IMG/VR virus record: IMGVR_UViG_3300021375_000035
Coordinates: 1-54,495 of that record
Source: a virus
Taxonomy: Duplodnaviria > Caudoviricetes
Strand: one strand, 5' to 3'
DNA: 54,495 nucleotides
Positions 54,045-54,495 of this stretch are shown piece by piece. The first letter of the stretch is position 1. Each line of letters begins with the position of its first letter. A model generated the notes under the pieces. The model did no database searches, was not told where the DNA came from, and saw nothing but the letters and a program-made list of their open reading frames with translations. The translations under genes were made by a program, and so were the position numbers.

Positions 54045-54494
54045 TTATTGTTTTAAGTTATCTTTTAACCACATCACTAATGAGTTCACTTCATCTTTTA
54101 AATATGGTAATTCATATATTTTTATATCTTCTAATACTGGTTCTCCATTAATATGTTCATTAATTGGATAACCATTTTTATCTTCTCCAACTTGTTTAAA
54201 TTTAACATGTTGAATAGTAAGTTTTCCTATCTTTAATTTAGGATTGTGCTTTTTAATAATATACGCATAAATACTGAGCTGTAGGTTATAATGATTCAAA
54301 TTACAGTCATCTAAATGATTAACAGGTCTAAACATTTTATTTGTTATACCCTCCCAATTAGTAAAACCCTTACTCTTAATTTCTTTATTTGTCTTATAAT
54401 CATTAATATTTATATAACCATTTACTACTTCTACAACATCTGCTTGGCCACATATACCTAATGATTTTAAATACACTAAGTGTTCTGGATATAC
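54045..54494 (-). CDS. PD-(D/E)xK exonuclease, truncated at right edge
   Basis: Frame stays open to the window end (VYPEHLVYLKS...); E..GQAD..INDYKT..YNLQLSIYA motifs. Confidence 0.85.
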   Translation of the reverse strand, partial: VYPEHLVYLKSLGICGQADVVEVVNGYININDYKTNKEIKSKGFTNWEGITNKMFRPVNHLDDCNLNHYNLQLSIYAYIIKKHNPKLKIGKLTIQHVKFKQVGEDKNGYPINEHINGEPVLEDIKIYELPYLKDEVNSLVMWLKDNLKQ

Positions 54495-54495
54495 T

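Noticed and set aside
1652-54171. All plus-strand ORFs in the track (60-116 aa)
   Set aside because: Short, mostly non-ATG starts, antisense to long minus-strand genes or spanning terminators, with no recognisable motifs; consistent with shadow ORFs.
54045-54494. Cas4/CRISPR association of the nuclease
   Set aside because: No repeat-spacer array or cas genes, and no C-terminal Cys cluster; PD-(D/E)xK nucleases are common near crAss-like terminases.
1-54495. Stop-codon reassignment (known in some Crassvirales)
   Set aside because: Genes are full length and tightly packed in code 11; TAG (34433, 52944) and TGA (53760) act as stops at sensible gene overlaps; no suppressor tRNA seen.

Overview
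The window is an AT-rich (roughly 30% GC by eye) segment of a lytic crAss-like (Crassvirales-related) phage, probably infecting an environmental Bacteroidota host. It holds essentially the whole virion morphogenesis module, all on the minus strand and in standard code 11. Reading right to left: PD-(D/E)xK nuclease (truncated), two conserved small proteins, GroES, large terminase, portal, scaffold-like protein, major capsid protein, decoration/ring/auxiliary capsid proteins, hub and fibre genes (one with a peptidase-S74 chaperone), Cys-rich FN3/VWA proteins, a metallophosphoesterase, an IHF-like protein, two ring proteins, a 2118-aa muzzle with a VWA insertion, and five large Cys-poor cargo (ejection) proteins. 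The last cargo gene is a >2029-aa ORF missing from the ORF track. Best new leads: (1) a terminator-linked 3'-UTR hairpin (30198-30227) whose loop UGGUUUGUUGGUUUU is complementary to an AAAACCAA(CAAA) motif just upstream of the start codons of five probable assembly-factor genes, a candidate antisense regulon; (2) cargo proteins segmented by about 20 copies of a [KQ]-x-GG / LPKAQxG motif, which in the 1717-aa protein delimit three ADP-ribosyltransferase-like modules and a peptidoglycan-hydrolase block; (3) a sharp split between Cys-rich exterior and Cys-free interior proteins. All family calls come from motif and synteny recognition by eye, not database searches.
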